A stretch of DNA of 64,000 bases from sequence record SRR31156797_589; one strand, 5' to 3'. Positions 49,020 to 59,238 of this stretch are shown here, in pieces. The notes beneath the pieces were generated by a model. That model was not told the origin of the DNA, made no database searches, and worked only from the letters and a program-made list of their open reading frames with translations. Position 1 is the stretch's first letter. Each line of letters begins with the position of its first letter. The position numbers and the translations under genes were made by a program.

Positions 49020-50968
49020 GTAGTATAATAAAAGTATTAGATGAAAATATTGCTAAGAAAATAGCTGCAGGCGAGGTAGTAGAGCGTCCTGCATCAGTAG
49101 TTAAGGAATTAGTAGAAAACTCTATAGATTCAAAGGCAAATTTAATAAGCATTGAGATAAAAAACGGCGGCAAGGATTATATCTCTGTAACTGATAACGG
49201 TAGTGGGATATTATTTTCTGACAGTAAACTGGCGTTTATCAGACATGCTACAAGTAAGATATCTTCACTGGATGATTTATACAATATCAACCAGATGGGT
49301 TTTCGAGGCGAGGCATTATATTCTATTTCAGCTGTTTCAAAAGTTACTATGATGACTAAGTCAAAGAGCGAAGAATATGGTTCCATATCTAAGGTCAATG
49401 GCGGAATAATAGAAGAAAACCATGAATATGGCTGTCCTGATGGTACTATAGTAATTGTTGAAGAATTATTCTATAATACTCCTGCTAGAAAGAAATTTCT
49501 AGGGACTACATCTGGTGAAACATCTGCAATCAGTAATATAATACAAAAGTACATTTTGTCATATCCATCAATCTCTTTTAAATTTGTTAACAATGGGAAG
49601 ATGATTTATTTCTCACCAGGTGATGGTGATATCAAAAATGCAGTTAATGCTGTATATGGGAATCAGGTAGCAAAAAATGTTGTGCTGATAGAAACTAATA
49701 CTAAGAATAATATATGGATTACCGGATGCATGGGTAATAACTCCCTTTTATATAAATCTCGCAATAATCAGGTCATTTTTGTTAATAATAGGTATATCAA
49801 AGATAGACGATTAGCAAAAGCTATTGAAGATACTTATCATGGATTATTAATGAAACACAACTATCCGTTTTTTGTTATCAATATTCATATTGATCCGATT
49901 TTAGTTGATGTAAATGTCCATCCTCAGAAGATGAACGTAGCTTTTAGTGATTTGACAGCTGTAATTGATACAATTAATTTTTTACTAGAGCCATATATTT
50001 CACAGATTCAGGGCATAATAAAATCTGTAGAAATAAGAAGTAAGGAAACTACTAAAAATAATACAGTAAGCAAAGAAGATAATAATGAAATAAAAGATCA
50101 GTCTATACCTTTTGAAACAAATGGTACTTTACATGTAAGTTTATCTGAAATTCCTACAGAAAAACTAAATGAAATAAAGAGTAACAATGCTGATGAATGC
50201 GGATCAACGTATGTACTAACAGACGAAATACCGGATGAAAACTATATTGAAAAAAAGACAGATATCAACAGTGAAATAATGGATTTTAGCTACAAGTCAT
50301 CTCTGTTATTAGACAATAATAAGCAAACTAGTATTCTCAAGCAAAATAGTACAGCTGAAAAAATAATATATAAACAATCAGAAATTTCTACTCTAAAAAA
50401 GGATTTCAAAATAATAGGCACGTATATAAATAGCTTTTTGCTGATTGAGAGTAATAGCAACTTATATATTATTGACCAGCATGCAGCACATGAAAGATTA
50501 ATTTTTGAAGAATATATGAAAATGTATAAAAATAAGAAAATCGTTCGACAAAAACTATTGATTAAGCAGATTATAGATGTTACTTACAGCGACAGACTGC
50601 TTATTGAAGAAAATATTGATGTTTTTAGTAGTGTTGGTTATACTATTGAATTTGTTGGTGATACACAGATTAGTATTTCTGAAGTTCCGCAGCTTCTAGG
50701 ACAGCCACGACTTAATGAGTTTTTTAAGGAATTATTAGCTAAGATTCAAGAGAATAACACAGATGAAAATATGATAATAGATACCATTATAACAAAGTCA
50801 TGCAAAAAAGCTGTAAAAGCAGGAGAAAAGTTATCCAATAAGGAGATTGAAGCCTTGCTGGATTTAATAATTGATAGTGATATAAAACTGACATGTCCTC
50901 ACGGCAGACCGTTTGTAATCGTGATGACGAAATATAACTTAGAGAAGAATTTCGGAAGAATAGTATGA
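49016..50968 (+). CDS. mutL: DNA mismatch repair endonuclease MutL
   Basis: IAAGEVVERPASVVKELVENS, GFRGEAL, DQHAAHER, CPHGRP. Confidence 0.98.
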   Translation: MSSIIKVLDENIAKKIAAGEVVERPASVVKELVENSIDSKANLISIEIKNGGKDYISVTDNGSGILFSDSKLAFIRHATSKISSLDDLYNINQMGFRGEALYSISAVSKVTMMTKSKSEEYGSISKVNGGIIEENHEYGCPDGTIVIVEELFYNTPARKKFLGTTSGETSAISNIIQKYILSYPSISFKFVNNGKMIYFSPGDGDIKNAVNAVYGNQVAKNVVLIETNTKNNIWITGCMGNNSLLYKSRNNQVIFVNNRYIKDRRLAKAIEDTYHGLLMKHNYPFFVINIHIDPILVDVNVHPQKMNVAFSDLTAVIDTINFLLEPYISQIQGIIKSVEIRSKETTKNNTVSKEDNNEIKDQSIPFETNGTLHVSLSEIPTEKLNEIKSNNADECGSTYVLTDEIPDENYIEKKTDINSEIMDFSYKSSLLLDNNKQTSILKQNSTAEKIIYKQSEISTLKKDFKIIGTYINSFLLIESNSNLYIIDQHAAHERLIFEEYMKMYKNKKIVRQKLLIKQIIDVTYSDRLLIEENIDVFSSVGYTIEFVGDTQISISEVPQLLGQPRLNEFFKELLAKIQENNTDENMIIDTIITKSCKKAVKAGEKLSNKEIEALLDLIIDSDIKLTCPHGRPFVIVMTKYNLEKNFGRIV

Positions 50969-51903
50969 TTACAAGTGACTTGATTGTAATACTTGCACCA
51001 ACAGCCAGTGGAAAAACCAGCCTGTCTATTGAGTTAGCAAAGCATATAGATGGAGAAATTGTTTCTTCTGATTCTATGCAAGTCTATAAAGGGTTGCAGA
51101 TATGTACGGCTCAGCCTACTATAGAAGAGATGGACGGGATTCCCCATCATTTAATTGGCTATGTTGATCCAAAACACAATTATAGTGTAGGAGAGTATCA
51201 GGCGGAGGCACTTGAATGTATTGCTGACATACATAAAAGAGGTAAGACACCGATTTTGTGCGGTGGTAGTGGTCTTTATATTGATTCAGTTATCTATAAC
51301 ATGGATTTGGCAAGTACTCCTAGCAATAAAGAAGTCCGAAATAAGTATACTAGTTATTACAAAGAACATGGCGTAGATAAACTGTATAAATTGTTAGTTG
51401 ATGCAATTCCTGAAACAGCAAAGCGTATTCATCCAAACAATATTAATAGGGTTGTCAGAGCTTTGGAGATTTATGAACTTACTGGTAAGGGGATTGATGA
51501 GTATTATAATGAAAACATGAAGCAATATCGGTTTAATACATATCTTTTCGGTATTACTTGGGATAGAGAGATTTTATATGACAGAATTAATAAACGAGTT
51601 GATATAATGCTAGAAAATGGTTTAATCGATGAGATTATTAATATGAAAGATTATGGAGTCAAGGAAGGCAACACCGCTTATAAGGCAATAGGATTTAAAG
51701 AACTTACACCATATCTGGATGGTAACGTTGCTTTGGATGAAGCGATTGATAAAATGAAGCAGCATTCTAGAAACTATGCTAAGCGACAAGTTACATGGTT
51801 CAAGCGAGTAGACAATGTTAAATGGCTTGAACATACTAATAACTACAATAAATTACAAGAAATATCAAAAATATTACATTATATAGAAAATATTAACTTT
51901 TAA
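50965..51903 (+). CDS. miaA: tRNA dimethylallyltransferase
   Basis: PTASGKT, DSMQVY, GGSGLY, RNYAKRQVTWF. Confidence 0.97.
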   Translation: MITSDLIVILAPTASGKTSLSIELAKHIDGEIVSSDSMQVYKGLQICTAQPTIEEMDGIPHHLIGYVDPKHNYSVGEYQAEALECIADIHKRGKTPILCGGSGLYIDSVIYNMDLASTPSNKEVRNKYTSYYKEHGVDKLYKLLVDAIPETAKRIHPNNINRVVRALEIYELTGKGIDEYYNENMKQYRFNTYLFGITWDREILYDRINKRVDIMLENGLIDEIINMKDYGVKEGNTAYKAIGFKELTPYLDGNVALDEAIDKMKQHSRNYAKRQVTWFKRVDNVKWLEHTNNYNKLQEISKILHYIENINF

Positions 51904-51945
51904 ATTTTCCAATTATAATATATAATAAGAAAAAAGGAGAGAATT

Positions 51946-52188
51946 ATGAATAAGAGCTATCTGATACAGGATAACTTCCTGAATAATGCTAGAAAACTTC
52001 ATATACAAGTTACTATACATTTAACAAACGGATACCAGCTAAAAGGTTATGTTAAAGGGTTTGATAATTATGTTGTGATTTTTTATAGTGAAGGTAAGCA
52101 GATGATGATTTATAAACATGCGATTTCTTCAGTTACTCCTGCAGAACAAATTGACTATGCGATTAATAATGAAGGAGAAGCAGAATAA
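51946..52188 (+). CDS. hfq: RNA chaperone Hfq
   Basis: QDNFLN..RK...[18 protein letters not shown]...[10 protein letters not shown]; after miaA. Confidence 0.96.
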   Translation: MNKSYLIQDNFLNNARKLHIQVTIHLTNGYQLKGYVKGFDNYVVIFYSEGKQMMIYKHAISSVTPAEQIDYAINNEGEAE

Positions 52189-52191
52189 CAA

Positions 52192-53433
52192 ATGAACAAA
52201 AGTAAACTCGACTTAATATCTAGCGTGCAAAGAAAGTATGCTAGATATTATAATGTTATTGATAATATTTCACTATATAATCAAGACAAGGTATTAAAGG
52301 TATTCCAAGAGGAGAGGGTAGAGAGCAGACACTTTAGCGGAACTACTGGCTATGGTTATGACGATATTGGCAGGTACAAATTAGAAAGTGTCTTTGCCAA
52401 AGTATTTGGTGGTGAGTCAGCGTTTGTCAGAGCAGATTTCGGATCTGCAACTCATGCGATTGTTGCAGCACTTCGAGCATTGCTTAAACCAGGTGATACG
52501 ATTTTATCAGTGACTGGTCATCCATATGATACAGTACACAATGCAATCGTTGGTACAGGTGAAGGGCAGGGGAGTGCCTTGTGCGATTATGGTGTTAAAT
52601 ACAGCTATATTGATTTACTAAATAATGATGAAATGATAGACTATCGTGCTCTGCTAGAAAAACTAACAATAACAAAACCCAAGGTTGTATTTATACAAAA
52701 ATCCAGAGGGTATATGTGGCGTAATGCATTAAGCATAAAACGAATACAAAAAATAGTTAAAACTGTTAAAGAACACAGCGAAAATAGTATAATTTTTGTA
52801 GATAATTGTTACGGAGAATTTGTTGAGAAACAGGAACCATGTAATGTTGGTGTTGATATATGTGTAGGCTCACTGATTAAAAATCCAGGCGGAAGCATTG
52901 CACCCACTGGTGCCTATATAGTCGGTACAAAAAAGTGCATTGATACAATAACAGGATTTTTCTATACTGATTCGATAAGAGATGAAATTGGATCATATGA
53001 ACAGGGATATAGACTCTTGTTCCAAGGATTATTTATGGCTCCTCATATTGTTGGACAGGCTTTAAAAACAGCACTATTATTCTCTGCAGTTTATCAGGAT
53101 ATGGGATATAAGGTTATGCCAAAACCTGATGCAGACAGATATGATATAACACAGTCAATACATCTAACATCAAGAGAAGAATTATTGAAATTTTGTAAGG
53201 GAATACAGCAAACTTCACCTGTAGATAGTCATTTGACACCAGAACCTTGGGATATGCCTGGTTACACTACTGATGTAATTATGGCTGCTGGTACCTTTGT
53301 ACAAGGAGCCTCCATTGAATTATCGGCTGATGCACCAATCAGTGAACCATACATAGTGTACATGCAGGGGGGAATCACATATGAGCATGGTCAATTAGCT
53401 TTTATTAATACTTTACCTGATTCGTCTGAATAA
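52192..53433 (+). CDS. YnbB / methionine gamma-lyase-family PLP enzyme (aluminium-resistance family)
   Basis: TTGYGYDDIGR, VDNCYGEFVE, GSLIKNPGG, AAGTFVQGASIELSADAP. Confidence 0.92.
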   Translation: MNKSKLDLISSVQRKYARYYNVIDNISLYNQDKVLKVFQEERVESRHFSGTTGYGYDDIGRYKLESVFAKVFGGESAFVRADFGSATHAIVAALRALLKPGDTILSVTGHPYDTVHNAIVGTGEGQGSALCDYGVKYSYIDLLNNDEMIDYRALLEKLTITKPKVVFIQKSRGYMWRNALSIKRIQKIVKTVKEHSENSIIFVDNCYGEFVEKQEPCNVGVDICVGSLIKNPGGSIAPTGAYIVGTKKCIDTITGFFYTDSIRDEIGSYEQGYRLLFQGLFMAPHIVGQALKTALLFSAVYQDMGYKVMPKPDADRYDITQSIHLTSREELLKFCKGIQQTSPVDSHLTPEPWDMPGYTTDVIMAAGTFVQGASIELSADAPISEPYIVYMQGGITYEHGQLAFINTLPDSSE

Positions 53434-54042
53434 AGCCGTTACTTTCCCAAGTATACGAACCCTGTCACTTGGAATAATAATTGGATCCATTGTTGGATTC
53501 TCAGGCTGAAGTCTAATGTTTTTGCCTTCTAAATAGTAAGTTTTGGTTGTCGCTTCATCGTCACCGACTAAGGCTACAACAATATCACCGTCAAAGGCGT
53601 AGTTCTGCTCTTTTACTACTATGAAGTCACCGTTATTTATTCCGACTTCTATCATGCTTTCGCCCTTTACCTTCAAGGCGAATGAATTCTCATCAGCAAC
53701 TATATATTTTGGCATTGGAAGATATTCATGAATGTTTTCCTCAGCATACATTGGCATTCCAGCAGTCACTTCGCCAATCAGTGGTACTGTAAGGCTTCTA
53801 GCTCTGGCCTGACGATCAGCGTCAATTATTTCTATTGCACGGGATTTACCATTGCCACGCTTAATGAAACCTTTACTCTCCAATCTGGTTAGGTGACCAT
53901 GTACAGTAGATGTAGAGGTCAATCCTACAGCGTTACAGATATCCCTTACTGAAGGAGCATAATTATAAGTCTCAACATAGTCTTTTAAGTACAGATAAAC
54001 CTTTCTTTGCATTCCTGTTAATTCATTAATATCGTTTATCAT
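53413..54042 (-). CDS. lexA: SOS repressor LexA
   Basis: PSVRDIC.AVGLTSTSTVHGHL, VTAGMP cleavage site, GESMI serine, EATTK lysine. Confidence 0.97.
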   Translation of the reverse strand: MINDINELTGMQRKVYLYLKDYVETYNYAPSVRDICNAVGLTSTSTVHGHLTRLESKGFIKRGNGKSRAIEIIDADRQARARSLTVPLIGEVTAGMPMYAEENIHEYLPMPKYIVADENSFALKVKGESMIEVGINNGDFIVVKEQNYAFDGDIVVALVGDDEATTKTYYLEGKNIRLQPENPTMDPIIIPSDRVRILGKVTALFRRIR

Positions 54043-54078
54043 CTATTATTCTCCTTGTGATTATCATTATTTGTAATT

Positions 54079-54118
54079 ATAATAGCATATGTATACGAAC
54101 ATGTCAAACCATTGTTCG
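54079..54118 (-). promoter_or_regulatory. lexA promoter (TTGACA-17-TATTAT) with overlapping SOS box
   Basis: CAAAC-CATT-GTTCG at 54105-54118 resembles the Bacillota GAAC-N4-GTTC box and overlaps the -35. Confidence 0.75.
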
Positions 54119-54152
54119 CATTCCATTGATTTTTATTTCATTTTTATAAATG

Positions 54153-55208
54153 CTACTCATCTGTAATGTTGATAAACGAGGGAACTTCACGCCGATGATC
54201 ATCGCTCATTGCAGCATAATGTTTCTTTGTTGTGTTTACATCCTTATGCCCTAAGACATCAGCTACTAAATAAATATCACCAGAACGATTATATAGCATA
54301 GTACCGAATGTACTTCGTAATTTATGCGGTGATATGTCCTTTAGAGGACTAGCAATTTTACTATATTTCTTTACTAGATTTTCAAGTGTTTTCTGCGATA
54401 TTCTTTTATTTTGAAGTGATAAAAATAGGGCAGTAGTGCTGCATTTGTCTTTAGGAATTTTTATCCTCTCATCATAGTATGCTTTTACTATGTCTTTAAC
54501 TTGATTAGAATAATAAAGGATACTTTGATTTCCACCTTTTCTAGTAACTTTAAATGAATTCTCTTCAAAGTAAAAATCATCAATATTAGTACCTATAATT
54601 TCACTTAATCTGATACCGGTATTAAGCAGTAAAATAATGATTGCAGTATCACGAACGTATGTTTTTTTGTGATAGGAGAGCTGCCTTTGAGTAAGCCCTT
54701 TACCGGTCTGTACCACTTCAATTAATTTTGCAATTTCTTCTTCATTAAGCCGTAATATAGGCTTTTCTTTGATTTTTGGGGTATCAATAATTGCAGATAC
54801 ATCATTTGGGATAAATTTACGCTTATATAGATATGCAAATAACGTCTTTATGGCTGATAGTTTACGTTTTTTGCTGGCATTTTCATTGGTATATGTAATA
54901 ACTTTATTAGTTTTTGGATTGACTTTAGTATAATTAGTTACATAATTAAGATACTTTTCAATATCTATAGTTTTAATCTGAGCAATATGTTCCAATGAAA
55001 GTTCTGTAGTTTTATCAACATGTGTAGAAAATTCAACAGCATTAATTACAAATTCAAAGAAATTTACTAAGTCATTAGCATAGTTTATCTGAGTTAATAT
55101 AGATGTAGTCGTATCAATTGATAGAAAATAATCATAAACAAACTCTGGAAGTTTTAATAAATGATTTCTTAATCTTTCATAATTATTATTGTTTTTATTA
55201 ATATCCAT
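54153..55208 (-). CDS. Tyrosine recombinase (XerC/XerS-like, chromosomal)
   Basis: RD.AI..LLL.TGIRLSE, RKGG, SPHKLRSTFGT, VADVLGH.DVNTT.KHY; lexA-linked as commonly seen in Clostridia. Confidence 0.93.
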   Translation of the reverse strand: MDINKNNNNYERLRNHLLKLPEFVYDYFLSIDTTTSILTQINYANDLVNFFEFVINAVEFSTHVDKTTELSLEHIAQIKTIDIEKYLNYVTNYTKVNPKTNKVITYTNENASKKRKLSAIKTLFAYLYKRKFIPNDVSAIIDTPKIKEKPILRLNEEEIAKLIEVVQTGKGLTQRQLSYHKKTYVRDTAIIILLLNTGIRLSEIIGTNIDDFYFEENSFKVTRKGGNQSILYYSNQVKDIVKAYYDERIKIPKDKCSTTALFLSLQNKRISQKTLENLVKKYSKIASPLKDISPHKLRSTFGTMLYNRSGDIYLVADVLGHKDVNTTKKHYAAMSDDHRREVPSFINITDE

Positions 55209-55279
55209 AATATTTCCTTAAAAGTTTTTATAATAGATTTATTGTGGAAAATCTCCAAAAACCTATATTCTAGTAGTTA

Positions 55280-55311
55280 ACTATACGTAAAACCTGCGTT
55301 TTACGTATAGT
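55280..55311. promoter_or_regulatory. Perfect 14-bp-arm palindrome at the recombinase promoter (operator or dif-like site)
   Basis: ACTATACGTAAAAC-ctgc-GTTTTACGTATAGT; overlaps -10 TATACT (55309-55314, minus), with -35 TTGACT at 55332-55337. Confidence 0.7.
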
Positions 55312-55457
55312 ATAACATATGTCTTTACCCCAGTCAAAACTAATTTTCATACACTAAATTAAAAAATCATTAAATTATATAATAAAAAACCAACGCAAAT
55401 TTGAATTGAATGCATTGGTTTAAATGAGTTTATATTTTTCGTGATATAATTATTTTA

Positions 55458-56285
55458 TCAGTCAGAAGAAATAATACCGGACATTCTGATAACTTCTACT
55501 CCCCTATCCTCCAGTGCTTTTAATAAAGTGTTGACACCAATTGAGTCGCTGGACATATGACCAGCAACAAGCATATTACCAATATTGTGATCTTGAATCT
55601 TTTTAACATCCTCAGGCGGACAGTGCATAGTAACCAATGTTCCTACACCAGCTTCAAAATACGCCTTGTAGACTTCAATTCCTCCGCTTGTTCCGCCTGC
55701 CATTGCTACAAATGGTTTGCCGCAGTAATCGCTTTCAGCACCTACTCTAGCTGTAGGTTTAATTAAGCATTTCTGATATTCCGGTATAGTCATCAACTCA
55801 TCTATCAAATCTTTAATAGTAGCTTTAGGATTTGAATTATAAACCTTATCCATATGTGACTGAATATTCTTTTCTACCATTTTGTCACATGGCAAGTGAA
55901 TACCAATATATGGCATATTTAGTAGTTTGGCAGCTGATGGTGCACGATCATAATTTACAGGACTTATTCTGATATCTATATCTTTGATTCGACCTGAAAT
56001 AGCTTTCTGTGCCTTATTAATTGGTACTCCGGCTTCTACCATTCTGTCAATCTGTCCCTTAATTACCTCAGTAAATTGGGTTCTTAATGTACCGCCTATT
56101 GGATGATGTCCGATAACACAGTCAACTCCCAGTTCCTTTGCTAGAAGCAATTCAGCTGTTCCGATATCTATTCCAGCCAGTACCTTTTTAATATTGTTTC
56201 CCTCGACAATTATACCTGAATCCGCTGGAATTTCTGTAAGACCAGCTAATTCTAATGCTAAATTCATTATTTCTCTTGTATTCAT
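55458..56285 (-). CDS. NIF3-like dinuclear metal-centre protein
   Basis: IKKVLAGIDIG..ELLLAK..G.DCVIGHHP, HLPCD, AGHMSSDSIG. Confidence 0.75.
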   Translation of the reverse strand: MNTREIMNLALELAGLTEIPADSGIIVEGNNIKKVLAGIDIGTAELLLAKELGVDCVIGHHPIGGTLRTQFTEVIKGQIDRMVEAGVPINKAQKAISGRIKDIDIRISPVNYDRAPSAAKLLNMPYIGIHLPCDKMVEKNIQSHMDKVYNSNPKATIKDLIDELMTIPEYQKCLIKPTARVGAESDYCGKPFVAMAGGTSGGIEVYKAYFEAGVGTLVTMHCPPEDVKKIQDHNIGNMLVAGHMSSDSIGVNTLLKALEDRGVEVIRMSGIISSD

Positions 56286-56305
56286 ATTATACCTTTCCTA
56301 AATAT

Positions 56306-57286
56306 TTATTTAAATAATTTATATATTTCATCTTTTTCTGGCGATTCAATCACGGTGGTAAATCCTTTGTCAATGGCTAGAATATTTCCTTCCTTGATTT
56401 TACCGACAATTGCTGCTGGTATCCCCTGCCCCATCAAAGCATCAATACACTCTTTAGAATTCGCAGTAGTTATTAGCATACAACCACTTGATATCAGCTT
56501 AAGTGGATTGATATTTAGCTTTTCGCAGATTAATCTAGTTTCCTGAAGTATGGGAATACGTTCAACATTAATTATTGCTCCACAGTTTGACGCAGTACAG
56601 ACCTCATGCAGCGCTCCTAGTACACCGCCTTCAGTAACATCATGCATTGCACTTACACCACAGCTAACAGCTGTTTTACTGTCTTTGGTTACACTTGTGT
56701 ATTGGGTAAGCTTTCTGCAGTTATCTACCTGTTCATCTGTTAGTACATCTTTAACCATTTCAAAAAAATCATTAACTATTATAGACGTGCCCTCTAGCCC
56801 TGCGAACTTGGTAAGTATTATGCTATCACCTATTTGTGCGCCATTAGCAGATACATATTGAGATTCTTTTACTTTACCGACAGCAGTTGTACATATTACA
56901 ATACGATTTACGCTGTCAGTTACCTCTGTATGTCCGCCTAATACATCGATAAATAATTCATTACAAGCATCAGATATCTGATTATTCAATCTGGTAATAT
57001 CATCTATATCGCATTGAGGAGGTATAAGCATAGTAATGAGTACGCCAATAGGCTCTGCTCCAGTTGCGGCAATATCATTACATGCTACATTGACAGCTAA
57101 TCTTCCTGCATCGGCTGAGGAAGCAGTTATGGGATCACTGGATAGCATACAGATATCATCACCGAATTTAATACCGCCGCAGTCTATCCCTACACCGGGA
57201 CGGATTACAACATCGCTTCTATTATTTTTAAGTTTTGATAAAATTAATTCATTTAGCTGTTCATTACTTAGTTTACCTATTTTCAT
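56306..57286 (-). CDS. AIR synthase-related (HypE/PurM-like) protein
   Basis: PGVGIDC, SSDPIT, NDIAATGAEP, GGHTEVT, MHDVTEGGVLGA. Confidence 0.9.
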   Translation of the reverse strand: MKIGKLSNEQLNELILSKLKNNRSDVVIRPGVGIDCGGIKFGDDICMLSSDPITASSADAGRLAVNVACNDIAATGAEPIGVLITMLIPPQCDIDDITRLNNQISDACNELFIDVLGGHTEVTDSVNRIVICTTAVGKVKESQYVSANGAQIGDSIILTKFAGLEGTSIIVNDFFEMVKDVLTDEQVDNCRKLTQYTSVTKDSKTAVSCGVSAMHDVTEGGVLGALHEVCTASNCGAIINVERIPILQETRLICEKLNINPLKLISSGCMLITTANSKECIDALMGQGIPAAIVGKIKEGNILAIDKGFTTVIESPEKDEIYKLFK

Positions 57287-59235
57287 CCCTTTATCATCTC
57301 CATCAGATTATCTATATCTATTATCTCTATATTTAAATCCTGTGCTTTTGTAAGCTTTGAGCCTGCACTTTCTCCAGCTAATAGATAGCTGGTTTTTTTG
57401 CTGACACTGTTTGTTACTTTACCGCCGTTTGATTCAATTAATGCCGCTACTTCTTTTCTTGATATACTATCAAGAGTTCCTGTAATAACAAATGTTTTGT
57501 CATTTAGAATATTTGTAGTTTGTGTTTCATTTTTAGAGAGAGTAACTCCAAGCTCAAATAGTTTATTAAGAAGCTCTTTATTTATTTGATTATCAAAGTA
57601 ATTAACTATTGCTTTTGCGACTATTTCACCGATATCAGGTATCGCAATAAGCTGCTCAAAGGTTGCGTTTGATAATTCACTGATACTGCCAAATGTTTTA
57701 GCAATATCATTAGCTGTTTTTAGTCCAACGTTGTTTATGCCAAGTGCAAATATGAAATTGGGCAATTTAGAATTTTTCGATTTTTCGATTCCAGCTAGTA
57801 AATTGTCAGCCTTTTTTTCTTTAAATCCATCTAAAGTCAATAACTCTTCTTTAGTAAGAGAATACAAGTCAGCTACAGTATGAACATTGAGATTTTGATA
57901 TAACTGCTCTGCTGTTTTATCATTCAGTGATTCAATATTCATTGCATCTCTAGATGCAAAGTGTACAAGTTTTCCAACAATCTGTGGAGGACATGCTGAG
58001 TTCTGACAGAACAAATGAGCTCCAATTTCTACTGTATCAAAGTCACATGATGGGCATTTTTCTATCAAATTTATGTCTTGACCGTCATGGTCAAGTGCTC
58101 CCAATATCTCTGGAATAACGTCATTTGAACGCCGAATCAGTACTCTGGAGCCTATTTTTACTTTCTTTTTCTGAATATCACCGAAGTTATTGAGCGTTGC
58201 ACGTTTTACGGTTACTCCGCCTAAGTCAACAGGTGATAATTCTGCAACAGGAGTAATCCTGCCAGTTCTTCCTACCTGCCAAGCTATACCTTCAACAGTT
58301 GTTGATATTTCTTCGGCTTCGAATTTATATGCCATTGCCCATCTTGGAAACCTGTGGGTATATCCCAGCTTCTGTCTTGATTGATAATCCCATATCTTAA
58401 TAACCATTCCATCAATTAAGAAATCTAACTTATCTCTGCTGTCAGCGATATTTTTTATTTGATTAATTACATCATTAATACCAATACACTTTTTGCTGAA
58501 ATCACTTGTTTTGAATCCATTTGTATTAATAAACTCATTCATTTCACCATGGTCAGCAAAGGATAAATCTTCACTATACCCTACTTGGTACAGAAAACAG
58601 TCCAGATGGCGTGATGAAGTTACTCTTGGGTCAAGGTTGCGCAATGCGCCTGCGGCAGCATTACGGGCGTTTTTAAGAGGTTCAGAGGCGGTTTCATTAT
58701 ATTTGCTTAATGTAGACAGTCTCATAATACCTTCGCCTTGAATTTCAAACAGACCCATGTGGTCAACGCTTAATGGAATGGAATTTATCGTCATAACTTG
58801 TGGCAAAATGCCTTCACCAATAATTCCATTACCTCTTGTTGCAGCTTGTATCAGCTTACCATCATTATATGTTAAATTAAGAGCTAATCCATCAAATTTA
58901 TACTCTAAAGAATAGACAATGTCTTTATCAACAGACAATGCCTTTTTATTACGTTTATCCCAGCTTGTTAACTCATCATAGGATTTACATTTGTCCAGAC
59001 TCCAAAGTCTGTTAATATGAGTATGCTCTTTGAATCCTGATAGCAGTTTTCCGCCGACACGTAATGTAGGTGAATTTGGAAGTGTTGTACCAGTTTTGGC
59101 TTCCAGCTCAATTAATTCGTCATATAGTTCATCGTATTCAGCATCAGATATCAGAATTGCATCCTTATCATAATACATATCAGCATACATATTTAATTCT
59201 TCTACAAGCTCTTTTATACGAGATATATCATTCAC
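57283..59235 (-). CDS. ligA: NAD-dependent DNA ligase
   Basis: EYKFDGLA, TRGNG, NARNAAAG, QVGRTG, C-terminal BRCT (SVSKKTSYL.AGE.AGSKL.KA). Confidence 0.98.
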   Translation of the reverse strand: MNDISRIKELVEELNMYADMYYDKDAILISDAEYDELYDELIELEAKTGTTLPNSPTLRVGGKLLSGFKEHTHINRLWSLDKCKSYDELTSWDKRNKKALSVDKDIVYSLEYKFDGLALNLTYNDGKLIQAATRGNGIIGEGILPQVMTINSIPLSVDHMGLFEIQGEGIMRLSTLSKYNETASEPLKNARNAAAGALRNLDPRVTSSRHLDCFLYQVGYSEDLSFADHGEMNEFINTNGFKTSDFSKKCIGINDVINQIKNIADSRDKLDFLIDGMVIKIWDYQSRQKLGYTHRFPRWAMAYKFEAEEISTTVEGIAWQVGRTGRITPVAELSPVDLGGVTVKRATLNNFGDIQKKKVKIGSRVLIRRSNDVIPEILGALDHDGQDINLIEKCPSCDFDTVEIGAHLFCQNSACPPQIVGKLVHFASRDAMNIESLNDKTAEQLYQNLNVHTVADLYSLTKEELLTLDGFKEKKADNLLAGIEKSKNSKLPNFIFALGINNVGLKTANDIAKTFGSISELSNATFEQLIAIPDIGEIVAKAIVNYFDNQINKELLNKLFELGVTLSKNETQTTNILNDKTFVITGTLDSISRKEVAALIESNGGKVTNSVSKKTSYLLAGESAGSKLTKAQDLNIEIIDIDNLMEMIKG

Positions 59236-59238
59236 TTG

